From Dudresnaya verticillata (Eukaryota), in contig OZ374565.1 of assembly GCA_977862235.1 (NCBI GenBank), forward strand, positions 1,488,001 to 1,552,000: a DNA stretch of 64,000 nucleotides. Direction: 5' to 3'. The notes beneath the pieces were generated by a model that saw only the letters and a list, made by a program, of their open reading frames with translations, was not told the origin of the DNA and did not search any database. The translations under genes and the position numbers were made by a program. Position 1 is the stretch's first letter; every line of letters starts with the position of its first letter. Positions 37,794 to 50,024 of this stretch are shown here, piece by piece.

Positions 37794-38875
37794 CCGAGTC
37801 GCGCCCTTGTCTTGAGGCATGCCTCGAGGCATCGAGCCTGAAAAGGGCTAGAAACCCACTCCGGCGGCTTAACCGCTTAGCAATAAACTTCGTCTTGTAT
37901 GCGTAACACACTGCTTTGGTAGGCTTCGAGCCTTCACATCCGGTGCCGCTTTTCTTCCTCGTGAGACAGTGGTGCCTTTGCTTGTTCGGGCACCGTGGGA
38001 CGGCCTATTATTGGTTGACCATTACGCCTCCCTAGCGTCTATCGCTGCCTGAGAACGTGCCAGCAATGTCCACAGTAACTCTACAGTACAGTGCGACGCA
38101 CTGTAGTGTATTTGGCGCGAAAGCCTTTATGGCTGTTAATTGGCCACAACAATCCGCCACCTTGCTGTAGCCTCTCCCGCGGCTCACGGGCTTTTGCCCA
38201 TCGCCACAACCAAGAGGTATAAGTCAGCGGCATCGGCTTCTCGCCCGCGTGGCTTCCAGAATTCTCAGCACCAACACGCTTGGCGCTTACTCCTCCCCTA
38301 TCAACGGGGTCTTACGCGGTTCCACCCGTCCTCCCCAGCAGATGCGGGAGTCGGAGTATCAAGACTCATAAGTCTAAGATTGGCGTATTTGTGCCTTACG
38401 TCCTCACTGAGTTTGGTGCGAGCACCCCTTTTGTTGGAGGTAGTTGGATCAACTTCGGGCTTAATGCCCCGTCCATGTTGTAGCGTCGGTATCGCTTTTG
38501 GCAGTCCAGCTGCCACCAAGCGTCATCGTGCTGGTAGTTAGTGTTGTAGTAAATTACCAGTTGGCCATCGCCATTGTTCCTTACCCGCACAGAGGGGCGA
38601 GTGATCGCCATAGCTTTTGCCTTTCAGGATTGATTCCTTGGGGTAGCCATGTTCCTTCAACTCTGCCTAACAATTGCCTCTGGGCTCGAGGTTGGCCTCA
38701 TTTCTGAATCTGGCCTTGAGTCAGGTTGAGAACCTTATACATAGCGTTAGTCGCTGTACCAAGTTGCTCCTCTAACGTAGGATCAACTCTTAGCTCTGAA
38801 GCGCCCGTTCGCTATGGTAGAACCCATCTTACAGAGTTCACCTCTTGATTACATCTATCCATTTCCATGCATCTA

Positions 38876-38928
38876 TCCAGGATCCAATCCTTCTAACATC
38901 TCTCCAGGATCCAATCCTTCTAACATCT
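38876..38928. repeat. 27-bp tandem duplication
   Basis: TCCAGGATCCAATCCTTCTAACATCT occurs twice. Confidence 0.85.
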
Positions 38929-39180
38929 TTTGAGAGGCTAATCACTGCTTCTGTGCGCCCGGTTATGGGCGAGTCCCACACATAGCCCATAGGCTGAACT
39001 CATATAGGCGCAAGGGGGTCCCCTTCGAAACAGAACCAAGGTTCTATCTCAACTCATAATCGTTTGTATCTCATAGTCTGGAGATATGACTTCATACCGC
39101 ATAACTACCGCTTGGCTGTGCGGGTTTGATTAAGATCACTTGTAGGTCCGGAACCTTACTCAACGCGGTTATTCACCACG

Positions 39181-42100
39181 CTAATTGTCAGCGAAAGGTA
39201 TCCCTTTTTGGGGATGGTACCTCGCCACCAAATTGTGAGGGAGGTGCCCCTTGGGCTCCCAGGTGTCCTTGGAAACCGGGTTCTGGAACCACCGCACGCG
39301 GTAGAGGTGTGTGTCGGGGTCATAGGAAACGATCCTTTCGTACACGTGTTCGCGTGGAGGTGCCTTCTTGAAGCGCGAGAATTTGCGGCTTGACGTCCCT
39401 TCAGCCACTGTCGGTGCAGGCGATGGCGCGTCCACTTCATCGTCCATAGGAGCATTCTCCTGGGTTTGTGGCACAACAGGCGCCGTACGGGCATCGCTAG
39501 GTTGCCCATCCCCAAGTGTGTCAGCCAGTGTCTCGCCTATAGCACTAGGTGCTTCGGGGTTCGCCGGTTCATTACCGCCTGATGCGGTGTTCATCGGGGG
39601 CCCAGTGGCGTTTGGGATGGGCCCGTCAGTTGGCCCAGTTGGGCTACTTGAAGGTGTTGCACCTGTCTCCGGTGGCAATTCCACTACAGTGGGACTCATT
39701 TCTAGTGCCAGCGGCACTTCGTGTGGCGATGTAGCCAAATTGTTGTGTGTGACTCGATCCAAAGAGATTGTTTCTCTGTCGCCCTTGATGTCAAGAACCA
39801 CCACATGGGTTCCTCTTTCGAGAACCTTATATGGCCCAAGGGCTTTCGGGAACAGTTTCCCTTCTCTCGCCACACCTTAACCGTCCTTCACTTTGATTTC
39901 CCGTTCGAGGAATACCCATGACCCAGGACGTACCCTTTGGTTAGCCGGTCGAATGCGGTTATTGAAGTTGGTCTCATAGCGCTTTTGCGCTAGTTGCATC
40001 CTCGGCAGAGCCGTATCCATGAGCTTTTCCAGCCGAGCGGTTAGGCGCTTCTTGACGTTCGTAGCGGGTATTCCGTCAATGTCTACCGTTTCCGCTTGTT
40101 CCAATAGTAAGGGAGTCGGCGGATTTGACAAAACCAAATCAAAAGGGGCTAACCCTGTAGCGCGATGCACTTTCGTATTGTAAGCGTACGTGAGCGCTGA
40201 GGTGAACTCGTCCCAGTCCCTTTGGTCTTCCGCTATGAAGTGGGGAAGGCCCGCTAGGATGGTGCGGTTGAACCTCTCGGTTTGCCCATTAGTTTGGGGA
40301 TGGTATATTGACGTGACCATGTTTCGAATCCGTAGGATATCGCACACGGCGAGAAAGAACTTAGATGCAAATTGAGACCCATTGTCTGAAAGGACGTAAC
40401 GGGGCGGTCCATAGATAAAGACCCAATGGTCACAAAACGCCTTCGCCACTGTATAGGCGGTTACCGTTTTCATCGGTATCGCTCTCGTCAGCTTTGAGAA
40501 GCGGTCCGTCATAACCAACAGGAACTCATTTCCTTTCCCAGAGCGGGGTAACGGACCCAGGATATCGATTCCTACAAACTCCGGCGGCATGGTCGCCGGG
40601 AAGAGTTTCATATGCGAAGCATGCTTCCTCAACTTCACCCGCTCTTGCACGCACTTGACACAATTACGCACTGTGGCATACACATCCAATGCCATCTCTG
40701 GCCAATACACCTGTCTTCGCAGGTTGTGGTACATCCGGGTGCCGCCTGGTTTGTCCCGCCATTTCGGGGTAGTGCGCCAAGTGTAACGCCCTTTCCTTAA
40801 GAGAACGAGGTAGAAGAGCCTGTATCGCCTTGTCGATATACGACTTCCGGACTAGCAGTTCTCGTTCGTCCTCGAGATAGCAACCAGGCTTCCCGGTCTA
40901 GAGGTTCCTTCGGACCCAGATACATAATTCATCTGTTTTCTGCTCACGGAGCAACTCTTCTGTGGTTATGAGGGATAGTCCCTTTTGTCCAGATTCCTTC
41001 TCGGCCACTTGGGCGATGAACATTTCGTCATCCGAATCGGACTCATCGACGGGTTCGATTTCCCACGCTTCCAATGGTCTCATATTGGGTTCCGGTCGCG
41101 ACCTTTCGCAGGGTTCGTCCCTCTGATCAGTCTCGAGGACTAAACACGGGATCTCCAGGTCCGGTCCCCATGGCGTGAAGCCATACGTGGGCAACCGAGA
41201 TACGGCATCAGCAATCTGATTCTTTTTGCCTTTTCGATACTGGACCATGAAGTTGTATTCCAGGAGACGTAATCTCCAATGAGCCAACCATCCGGAAGCA
41301 TCTGTCATGCTCATCATCCATTTCAGCGCTTGATGGTCTGTATACAGGTCAAAGTGGGACCTTTCTAGATAGGGTTTGAGCACTTGTGCCACCCAGACCA
41401 CTGCTAGGCACTCCTTTTCGCCTACAGAGTAATTCTTCTCTGCCTTCGTCAGCCCTCGGCTCCAGAAGCCTATCGGGTGTCGGGTCCCGTCTTCTTCGGC
41501 TTGCATCAGCGCGCAACCAATTTGGTAGTCGCACGCGTCGGTATCCACCGATAGGGCCTTACCCTCTTGTGGGAACCTAAGAATAGGAGGCGCTATTAGC
41601 GCTTGCTTCAGCAGTCCGACGCCTCTCGTTGACGTTCATCGAACTGCGGGAGTTCAAAGCCCACTTACTTCTGTAGGAGGGCATTGAGTGGAGCCGCCAC
41701 TCGCGCGAAGTTAGGTACGAATCGCCTGTAGACGTTGCATAGACCGATGAAAGACCGTAACTGTGTCTGGGTGGTCGGTTCCTTGAAGCCTTCGATGGCT
41801 TGCGTATTCTTAGTCGCCACTTCTAATAAACCCGGACGGATGACGTGCCCTAAGTAGTCGACACTTTTTGTGAAGAAGCTACACTTCTTAACTTTCAAGG
41901 AGACCCCTGCTTCTTGTAATACAGAGCAAATCTCTCTTACATGCGTGACATGCTCGTCGAAAGTCGCGGAGAATACGATAATATCGTCGAGGTATACGAG
42001 GCACGATTTCCATCGAAATCCTGATAAGAGGATGTCAACCGTTCGCTGAAAGGTCGCCGGGGCGTTGCATAGCCCAAAGGGCATCCTGCAAAATTGGAAG

Positions 42101-43766
42101 CAGCCCGCGTGGAAAGTAAAAGCAGTCTTATGCTTATCCTCCGGTGAAACCGGAATCTGCCAGTAGCCTGAGTTGCAATCCAAGGCTGTGAAATATTGGG
42201 CCTCGCCCAGGGAGTCCAAACACTCGTCCATGGCAGAGGATACGTATCCTTCACTGTAATAGCGTTAAGCTTGCGATAGTCAACGCAAAATCGGAGTGAC
42301 CCATCGGGCTTCTTAACCAAAACGACGGGGCTCGCAAACTCAGAGCGTGCGGGCTCTATGACGCCTTCTTTGAGCATTTTGTCGACCTCATCCTGTTCGG
42401 CTTGACGGGCTTTAGGGCCGCCCGATACGGTTGCGTAAACACAGGTTTCGAACCTTCTTGAAGCTCAATACGGTGTTGGGTCACCTTAATGGTGCCGAGT
42501 TGTCCGTCCCACATACCGGCGAACGGTTTAAGCATTTTACGCGACACCGATCCGAAGTGGACAGGTGCTCCAGCGTGAGGTCATCGCCCGTAATAGCGGT
42601 TGTCGCTGATGTCGCGATTTTGATTCCAGGCTTAGAGTCTATATCCGTCTTCAGAGCAGCAGCAAGCCCCGCCCCCTACATCGGAGAATGTTTCGGACGA
42701 GGGAAGCGAGTTACTGTCAGGAACATTATCCTCGATGGAGACAGTGTAGACCGGCGTCTGCGTGGGCGCCGGTACAGCCTTGCCAAGGCTTTGATTCTTG
42801 GAAAGCCGTTGAGGGCGCGAAGAAACGTTCGCGACCTTGACGTGAAAGAGTCGGTTCTCTTGAATATTGACGATGCCATTCGTCAAAACGATTTGTCGGC
42901 GCCCGTATAAGCGGGGGAGGGATTATAAGGACATGTGTTCCTTTGGCGGAACAGGTCACAGGATCCCATGACTCACTGCCGGGAAGTAAATTAGTAGTTT
43001 GTGCGACGCGAATGAGTCGCGAGTTAGGTAACGGGGAAACCTCCATTGGTTCGTCAGACCTGTTATCACGGGGTTACCGCATCGGCGGCGTAGAATTGGG
43101 TGAATGGACCCGACGCGAAGAACCATGTTCTGTTGGGGGACGCGTAACCCTTCCACGTGGTTAAGCGATAAACGTGCAACCCAAAATGGCATCTACTGCC
43201 AATGCCCTTACGACAACGAAAGGTTGCCGAACCGTGTAGGACCCGAGCCTGATTATCAGGGAGACTGTTCCCAGTGTAGTTAGTCGGTGACTTGACGTGG
43301 AGGTCAAGTTCACAATTGACCGCGTTGTAGAAATCCGTTTCTTGTCTTTCGGTGATAGAACATCCGCGCGGATGAGATTAGGGCCTGCCCCTGTATCCAA
43401 TACGGAGAGCACACGAGTAAGATCGTCAACAGAAGTCCCGATGGACGCAGCTACTTTATAATTGTAGCGCGACAAGGAGCAAACGGGATCCTTACAATAC
43501 TCGTGATACTTCCGTCCAGGGGGTAAGCCCACGGGACGCGCTAAGATCTTCTTGGGAAGAGAAGTGACAGATTCACTGACAACCGGTCGATCCGTTGAGG
43601 AGAAGCTTTCGAAGCTGTGGCTCGAGGACCTGGATTCAACGTGCCGATCGGGGGGTTCCGATGCCACCTGGGATATGTGGTGTACCGAAACCGGTTTCCC
43701 CTTCGTTAGTTTTTTGCCTTCATTGCGGGCGACCGCGGTAGCGGTGGAGGTGGTGGGAAGGGACAA
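39181..43766 (-). pseudogene. pol: pol of element 3 (protease, RT, RNase H, integrase, chromodomain)
   Basis: [64 protein letters not shown]. Several frameshifts and stops. Confidence 0.94.
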
Positions 43767-46486
43767 GACCCTTGGCGTGGTGACCTGGGCATTTGCCTCG
43801 GAGCGTCAATCGGGTGGTTCAGTCTAGGTTGAAATTGAACCTGTCGAATTCCCCCTTGACTTGCACCCAAACTTTGACGGGGCTCCATTCGTTGCCCTAG
43901 GGGCGGCCCGGCGGGCATTCGCTCGTTAGCGAACTCCGGCAGTCGGCCAACGGTCGCTAACCGCGCTTTTTTCTCGTGTGATAGCTGATAAAACTGTCTT
44001 CTTTTTAAAGTCTCAAAAGACTGCTCATCGGCACGAGCCAAATGTGGACAGTTGGGCTTTTTATGGCCAATGCCATAGCATTCGAAGCAGATATCATTGG
44101 GCTGGTCTTCAACCGTCACCCACCCAGGGCGTTGAGTCCTGGTTGGCTGTGCCCAGGCTGGTAGCCTATGATTGTAGTTCTGCAGTACCGCGTCAACCTC
44201 ACCGTGATACGGTTGGTCGTAGTAATACTGCCCTGTCGACCACGAGTCCGATTGGGTTGCGGTTGATGGTGGCGCTTCGTTCGCAATTGCGGCCACGACC
44301 GCGTCCTCGTCTTCAGCATCAGGGCCACTGCTCTTTGACGTATCCGAATCGGAAGCGGATGCATCCTTCGCCTGGCGAATAAGGAGGGCCCATCCTGACT
44401 TGTGGGTACGAACCTTCCTCAAGGTCTTCCTTGGTAGCGTCTTATTCGCTTTTGGCGTTCGTCCGCCACCCACCAGCGCCCGATGGGAATCTCCCTGCGC
44501 AGTCGCCAGCTCGACTTAATCCACCAGTTTGGCAGTCCTTGGGTCCAATGACGACGTACTTAAAAGCGGCTTCACCGCTGGTAGCAAACCACGAATAAAC
44601 CGGGCTATCAAATCTTGTTCGGTATATACCCCAGCGACTCGACGCGCTTTGTTCTGCAACCTTCTCGAAAAGGTCACCTCGTCCTCATCTGGCTCCTGCG
44701 CCATGGTGTCCATCTCAGAGGCAATCCTCTCAATATAGACGTCCTTGCCATATGTCCGAAGGAGATAATTCACGGCATCGGGCCATTCGGTGAAACCACC
44801 ATTGTCGTCACCCGCAGCGTCAAAATTCGCTTCAAACATATGCTTCGCATCCTTCTCGAGGAACTCGGGGATGACGAGGATAGCGGCACCTTCGCTGATA
44901 TGGGCTTGATCGAGCTGCCTCTTCAGCGTGGCTAAGAAGCCAATAATTGACACCGGGTCACTCCCGTCAAAACGGCGACTCCGTATAACGGATTTGACGC
45001 GTTTGATTTTCTTCGTGGTCGCCTCGGTCACCTCGGGCCCGCGGTAATCATCCAGGTTCAATAACCTATATCTTCTATAGGACAGCACCTGTATGAAGGC
45101 GGGATTCCTAGGAGTCAGCTCCTTCACACCGGACCGTCGGGGACCCCTCCAGGAAGACCATGAATGTCTAGAGTGCGAACAGGAACCCGGTCCTTCTTCA
45201 TCCGATGGACCTGGATTAGGGTGAGACCCTGACCGATGATTCTCTTCGTGACGATGACTTGAATATCTGTCACGATGAGAATCCACTTGGTCGCGGTGCG
45301 CAGAAGACCCAATTGGTCTGTTGCACTTGCAACCCTGTTGGCAACGGCCTCCATCTCCTTCAACTTGGGACCCACTGTCTGACCCCCTATGGGGTAGCCT
45401 CCTACGCCTGTTGCGCGTGCCGCGAGGCACCGGTGAGCGTCGTCTCATGACTTCAGGGATAGTATCCCTTTCGCGGATTACGCGCCGCATCTGCAATTTC
45501 AGAAAAGCGACACGACGCTTCTCCTCATCGCGTTCTTTCCTTAGGGCCTCGATGGCTCTGTCCTGCTAAACGCACCGTGTGTTGTCTACGTTAAATTGAA
45601 CGTCCGCAATAGCCATTGCGGCTTCTGTCCTGGAAAGGTCGGCAGCCTTCGTGGCTTCATCTAATTCAAGGTGAACCGATTCCAATTGGTCCCCCAATGA
45701 GTCCAATTGGGCTTGTAGGGTCTCGACCCTTTCCTCTTCTAAACCCCTCAAGGGGCGTTGTTGGCAACGAGAAATGACCATTTCTTGGCACTTAGCCAGT
45801 AGTTGGTCGTCTCGACGAGCGGTGGCGTCGTCGAAATAGCGTTTCACCCGTGTGAGGGTTTCGTCCGCCTGGCTTTCAAGCAGCGCCAATACGCTAGTCC
45901 TGAGAGCATTCTCGATGCCGGTTTCAACCAAGTGACCAATCTCACACTCCGTGAAGCACCGTTGGTCGGTTGAATTTGCCTTCGTTCTCATCGGCATTCC
46001 GATATCGGGTGGAAGCGATGAAGTGGTTTCATATTCTAAGGCCAGTCCGCCTGTATCATGCCGGCTGTAACCAGCTTGGAGCATCGGCGGTGGCAGCATA
46101 CTAGGGTCCGGATCCTCATTCGCACCGATGTTGGCGGTGCTTGCGGCTGCAGTCCGGGCCGTATTTTCTCCTTCAGGGATCTGTCCCTTTCCATGGGCAG
46201 ACGGATCTTCGTCTCCTGGTGCGCACGCCATTCGGGGCGGGCGTTCCACTTCTCCTACTATAGGACCTCGAGCCAAAGCGGCCATTACCGCACGGGTTCT
46301 TGCTCCCGTGGTCCTCACGGAGGATAAGCTGCCGGTGCGGCTACCGCCCCGGCTCGTTAAGCCTGGCCGGGTGGTATCACCGTTAGATGTCGGCATCTTA
46401 TAAACGAGGTTGTTATCGGCAACCTTGAAACGTAGGATTCGGTCCTGTGGTTGCAATAATCGGGGAACTTCTCCCTCGGATGGCAA
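43706..46486 (-). pseudogene. gag: Long gag of element 3 with N-terminal coiled-coil-like extension
   Basis: ORFs 45566-46486, 44516-45496 and 43706-44473 are in one frame separated by two stops. WPDAVNYLLRTY, FIRGL, zinc knuckle CFECYGIGHKKPNC. Confidence 0.88.
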
Positions 46487-46880
46487 ACTTCTCAGAACCG
46501 TAGTTCTCGGGGTTACGGGCGATTCTGTCCACGTGAAACTCCCAGCGTGCGCGCCCGCACAGCCCGTATACAGACGTGTTTTTGATAACAGGTGTCACGA
46601 TAACTTGCAGGAAGAGTTTCTTGAAGGGGCGTCACTCCACGACCAGGATCTTCTTCCTTGTACACGATTAAAACTGCAGAAGCGGTGGCAGTTGCTTGCC
46701 TCATATTTGACGCAACTTCGAAGCTTGATGTGAAGCTGAGACACCGTCGACACTTGTCCAACTAGGATTTCACCCTCAGGAAGTTGTTCCTTGAATTCTT
46801 GCACGGGGAGTTCTCGTCCCGTGGGAAGGTCCGAACGACGACTTGCGGATGAGGTAGTAAAAAGGGGCCGACCCTGAAAA

Positions 46881-46901
46881 CGATTCTAGGTCGGGAGACC
46901 A
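46881..46901 (-). promoter_or_regulatory. Primer-binding site, probably tRNA-Tyr
   Basis: TGGTCTCCCGACCTAGAATCG 1 nt after the 5' LTR. Its complement ends GGGAGA-CCA (G72/A73, as in eukaryotic tRNA-Tyr). Confidence 0.7.
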
Positions 46902-46902
46902 C

Positions 46903-47548
46903 TGTAGTAGTATGGCCCGTCAAGGCAGAAACCCGCCAACCGGCAAGGACAGCTGTCCTGACGGTGCACAACACACTAGCTTAGGTAGCTCGGGAAAAGG
47001 GGTTGGTAGAGACTTTGAAAGGCACAGAGCCTAAGAGAAAGGGGGAAATGGGCGGCGCCACCCAGCTCGCACAGAGTAACCGTCGTGTGGAGGCAAGGCT
47101 CGTAAAGCACCTGAAAGGGAGGCTACGGTGAGTCCGTGAATTCCAGAAAAAGGGTAAAGACCCGAAACCCATCGTAGGGTTCTATTCAGGAGGCCCCTGC
47201 TACTCAGGGGCCTCTTAAGTATAACAGAGACGGAAATGCTCTTACCTCCTATGAGCTATTCTAAGCTATTCTAGCTGTAATTATTAATCTAAATTGTACA
47301 GTTGTCAGTTATAAATACGGATTAGTGGTAGTACCGCGTCGGGCCGCGTGAGCGGCCACAATAAATTGCCAAATGGCAATTTGCCATCAAATTGGGTGCC
47401 AGCAGGGACACCAGCGGGGCGCATCGTCCTTACAGCGCACGGCGCTTGTGCGCGCCTTACAGCTTGATGCGCGTGGGCGTCTTACACCTTAATGCGCACA
47501 AATGACTTACAGTGCACCAGCACTTCTGGTGCGGCTCATTCTTCCACA
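46903..47548 (-). repeat. 5' LTR of element 3
   Basis: TG...CA termini; repeat of 34355-35008; adjacent PBS. Confidence 0.95.
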
Positions 47549-49177
47549 CGTGACACCGTGCGCATGCCAGTGGCGCCACCACTCATTTCTATTTTTATCC
47601 CTATTCTAAGGATTAGTTTATAGTATTTAGCATTATAGCTCTAACAGAGCGGGTAGTACCTCTTCGTCTTCCGTCGTATTTATTAGGCCCCTGAGTAGCA
47701 GGGGCCCCGCACTAAACGTGCAGCGGTGTGTGCCTTGCGTTTTTCTCCTTTGTTGGACTCCCACGGTATCACCGCTACAACCCCCGCTAGGCGTCTACAA
47801 GCCGTGCTACCTACGACGACTGCTCTAAGCAGTACGGTTCGCCTTCCCTTTTCCCCTCTTTTGCAGGGCTTGCAGCCCTCTCCAGTCTCTAGCACCCCTT
47901 TTGGAGCTACCAACCACGCGAGTGGGATCACGCTTTCAGGACAGTTGTCGTGCTCTGTGGTCGTCTACTCTGGCTTGAAAGCCATTCTACTACAAAAAGG
48001 AGGGCAGAAAGAAACACGTCTTGGACGCAGTGCGGACGCGGAAGCGCGGTAGGTCACACGCTTGGGCCTAAAGGCTAGCGAGTAGGTACGCGTAGCGCGA
48101 GAAGGGTAGTCTGGACCAAGGCCGGCTTTCTGGGAGTTTACCTCAACGTCTGGGACGGATCAACTAAGTATAGAACTACCTGGCGGCGGCGATGTGTGCG
48201 TGCGTGCCGCGCGGGAACTCGGGACACGTGTTGTCCCGAGGTGCGTCTGACAAGTTCCGCCGTCATGCAGCCGCGCGTCTGACAGATCACGCGTAGCTCG
48301 CCACTTGAGTACTTACATGTACACGTGGATGTACCTCCTTACAGCCGCACGCGTCCTGTTGAGCGTGCGATCTTGATTCGTACTAATCCCGATTCAATCC
48401 GGATTCCGGCCAGCCATGCGGATGTGCCAGGCTTACAGGCGCGTGCCTTACACTTCTTGATCCCGATGTCTTATCTCGATGCGGGATCCCGATTGAATCC
48501 GGATTCGGGCCACGCTTACAGCGGACGATCCCGCCACTGTGCCATGCGCGCACGCGTGGCGCCGTACAGTGCTGCGGCGTCGGGCGTGCGGTCTGTACGC
48601 CAAATGAGCCGTTCTGGCCCGGGTGGCCAGCGACATGCGTCGGTGACGTGTTTGCGTCGCGGGCCGGTTGAGCGCGCCGTTGGCGGTTGCCCGTCGGTAG
48701 ACGCGGACATATCAACCCGCTCAAAGCGAAAAGAGGGACCCACCCCTGGCACTACACGTACCGCCACCGCCACGCGCGTAGTAGTAGTAGTACGTAGTTA
48801 GTCCGTCTGAAGACGTCACAGTAAACTCGGCTAAGCCGGCCCGGGACTTGAATGCACTTCTCTGCTTGGGCGTACCATCTACCGCAGCCTGAAGCTTATG
48901 GGTCAGTACCTCCATCCTTCCGCGTTTCCTACCGTCCCCTTAATGTGTTTCCTTCGGCTTTCGTGCCTGTTCTTTTTCCTTTTCCTTTTCCTTTACCCGA
49001 TTTCCGCCCGGGCCGTTTACAGTCCGCCCTGTGACGTTGCCTACCACTCTACCACTACCGTCGTAGGACGGCACTACCCGCCGGGCCCCGAAAACCCGGA
49101 CGTGCTACCCGTCAAGGGACCGTTTTCACCACATCATTGCCTTCACCAATATCCAAACATTTCTCGATCTCTTCATA

Positions 49178-50024
49178 TGTGGCATAGACGTCAGATCGAA
49201 CTGACGTCTAGCGCGACTGGTCTCGTCGTCGCACCCAGACCCGTCGAAGAGTGGTAGCAGTACGTGGTAGAGCGGCGGTGTCGGCCGCACGCGCCGTCGA
49301 CGGTCGTGGATCAACGGCGTCGAAGACTGAGCGCGCACGGGTCGGACCGTACGCGGGTGGCAGCAGCCGGATCCCTGCGTCCCCCTCGTGGGGCGGCACG
49401 AAGCCGACGGTGGGAAAATAAAATGAAAGTCTAGGCAGCTAGGGAAAGAGGGAAGCCGTAGGGCGAAAGACTGGGAAAGAAACCCAAAGCAGAAAGGGGC
49501 AAGCCTAGCGTAGGCTCGCTTGCCTTTGTTTACTCAAGCCCAGAGGGGCGACTACTAAATAGACTACAGTGCCCGAGGCGGCACCAACGCGGGAGGTTCG
49601 CCAGCCCGCCCCGACACGCATCGACGCGTACGGGTAATGGTAACCCGGGTGCGCGCGCGGGCGAAACGGTCCACACGTACTCAACGGTTCGACGCCGGAG
49701 TGCGCGGGCGCGTGTCACTTACTCAACGGCTCTACGCCGGAGTGCGTGCGCGCGGCGCATGGGATAGCAAGGCGTTCGGCCGCCGCCTACACTAGACGGT
49801 ATAGTACACTACACACAAAAATAAATGTAGAAATTACACGAGAGTGTCAGTGTCACACGTGTACGCGTGGGCACACAGCGCATTGACCTACAGCGCCAGA
49901 GGGGCTTCTGCGCCACTGGCCGACAGCGTGCGCACAGAGCGGCTGGTCTTACAGTCGCGTGTGCGGCGCAGCTGGTCTTACAACTGCGCGTGCGTGGCAC
50001 CGCTGGTCTTACAGCTATGCCACA
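49178..50024 (-). mobile_element. Solo LTR, family D (no matching TSD)
   Basis: Reverse complement of 5111-5947 and 59011-59853; 10-bp inverted termini TGTGGCATAG/CTATGCCACA; flanks TCATA and AAACC differ. Confidence 0.92.

Larger units (their letters stand above)
34355..47548 (-). mobile_element. Full-length chromodomain Ty3/gypsy LTR retrotransposon (element 3), degraded
   Basis: LTRs 34355-35008 and 46903-47548, TSD AGTGA/CGTGA (4 of 5), PBS, PPT, gag, pol, chromodomain, antisense ORF. Confidence 0.96.
34169..47994 (+). mobile_element. Solo LTR C, split into 34169-34354 and 47549-47994
   Basis: TG...CA termini with exact TSD AAAAG; shares the hairpin GGCCCCTGAGTAGCAGGGGCC and the CTACTACA end with element 3 LTRs. 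Confidence 0.8.
34004..48756 (-). mobile_element. Solo LTR B, split into 34004-34168 and 48000-48756
   Basis: Termini TGTAGTAC / GCACTACA; reverse complement collinear with 7571-8406. The TSD is degenerate (TATAT vs CGTAC, transitions only). Confidence 0.68.
33534..49133 (+). mobile_element. Solo LTR A, split into 33534-34003 and 48757-49133 by nested insertions
   Basis: TSD TCATT at 33529-33533 and 49134-49138; termini TCTGGTGCAAAC / GTTTTCACCACA. The halves align with successive parts of LTR 7571-8406. Confidence 0.72.

Noticed and set aside
34084..49133. One large element with long terminal inverted repeats
   Set aside because: No TSD. The inverted similarity is explained by related LTRs A (+) and B (-) nested in opposite orientation.
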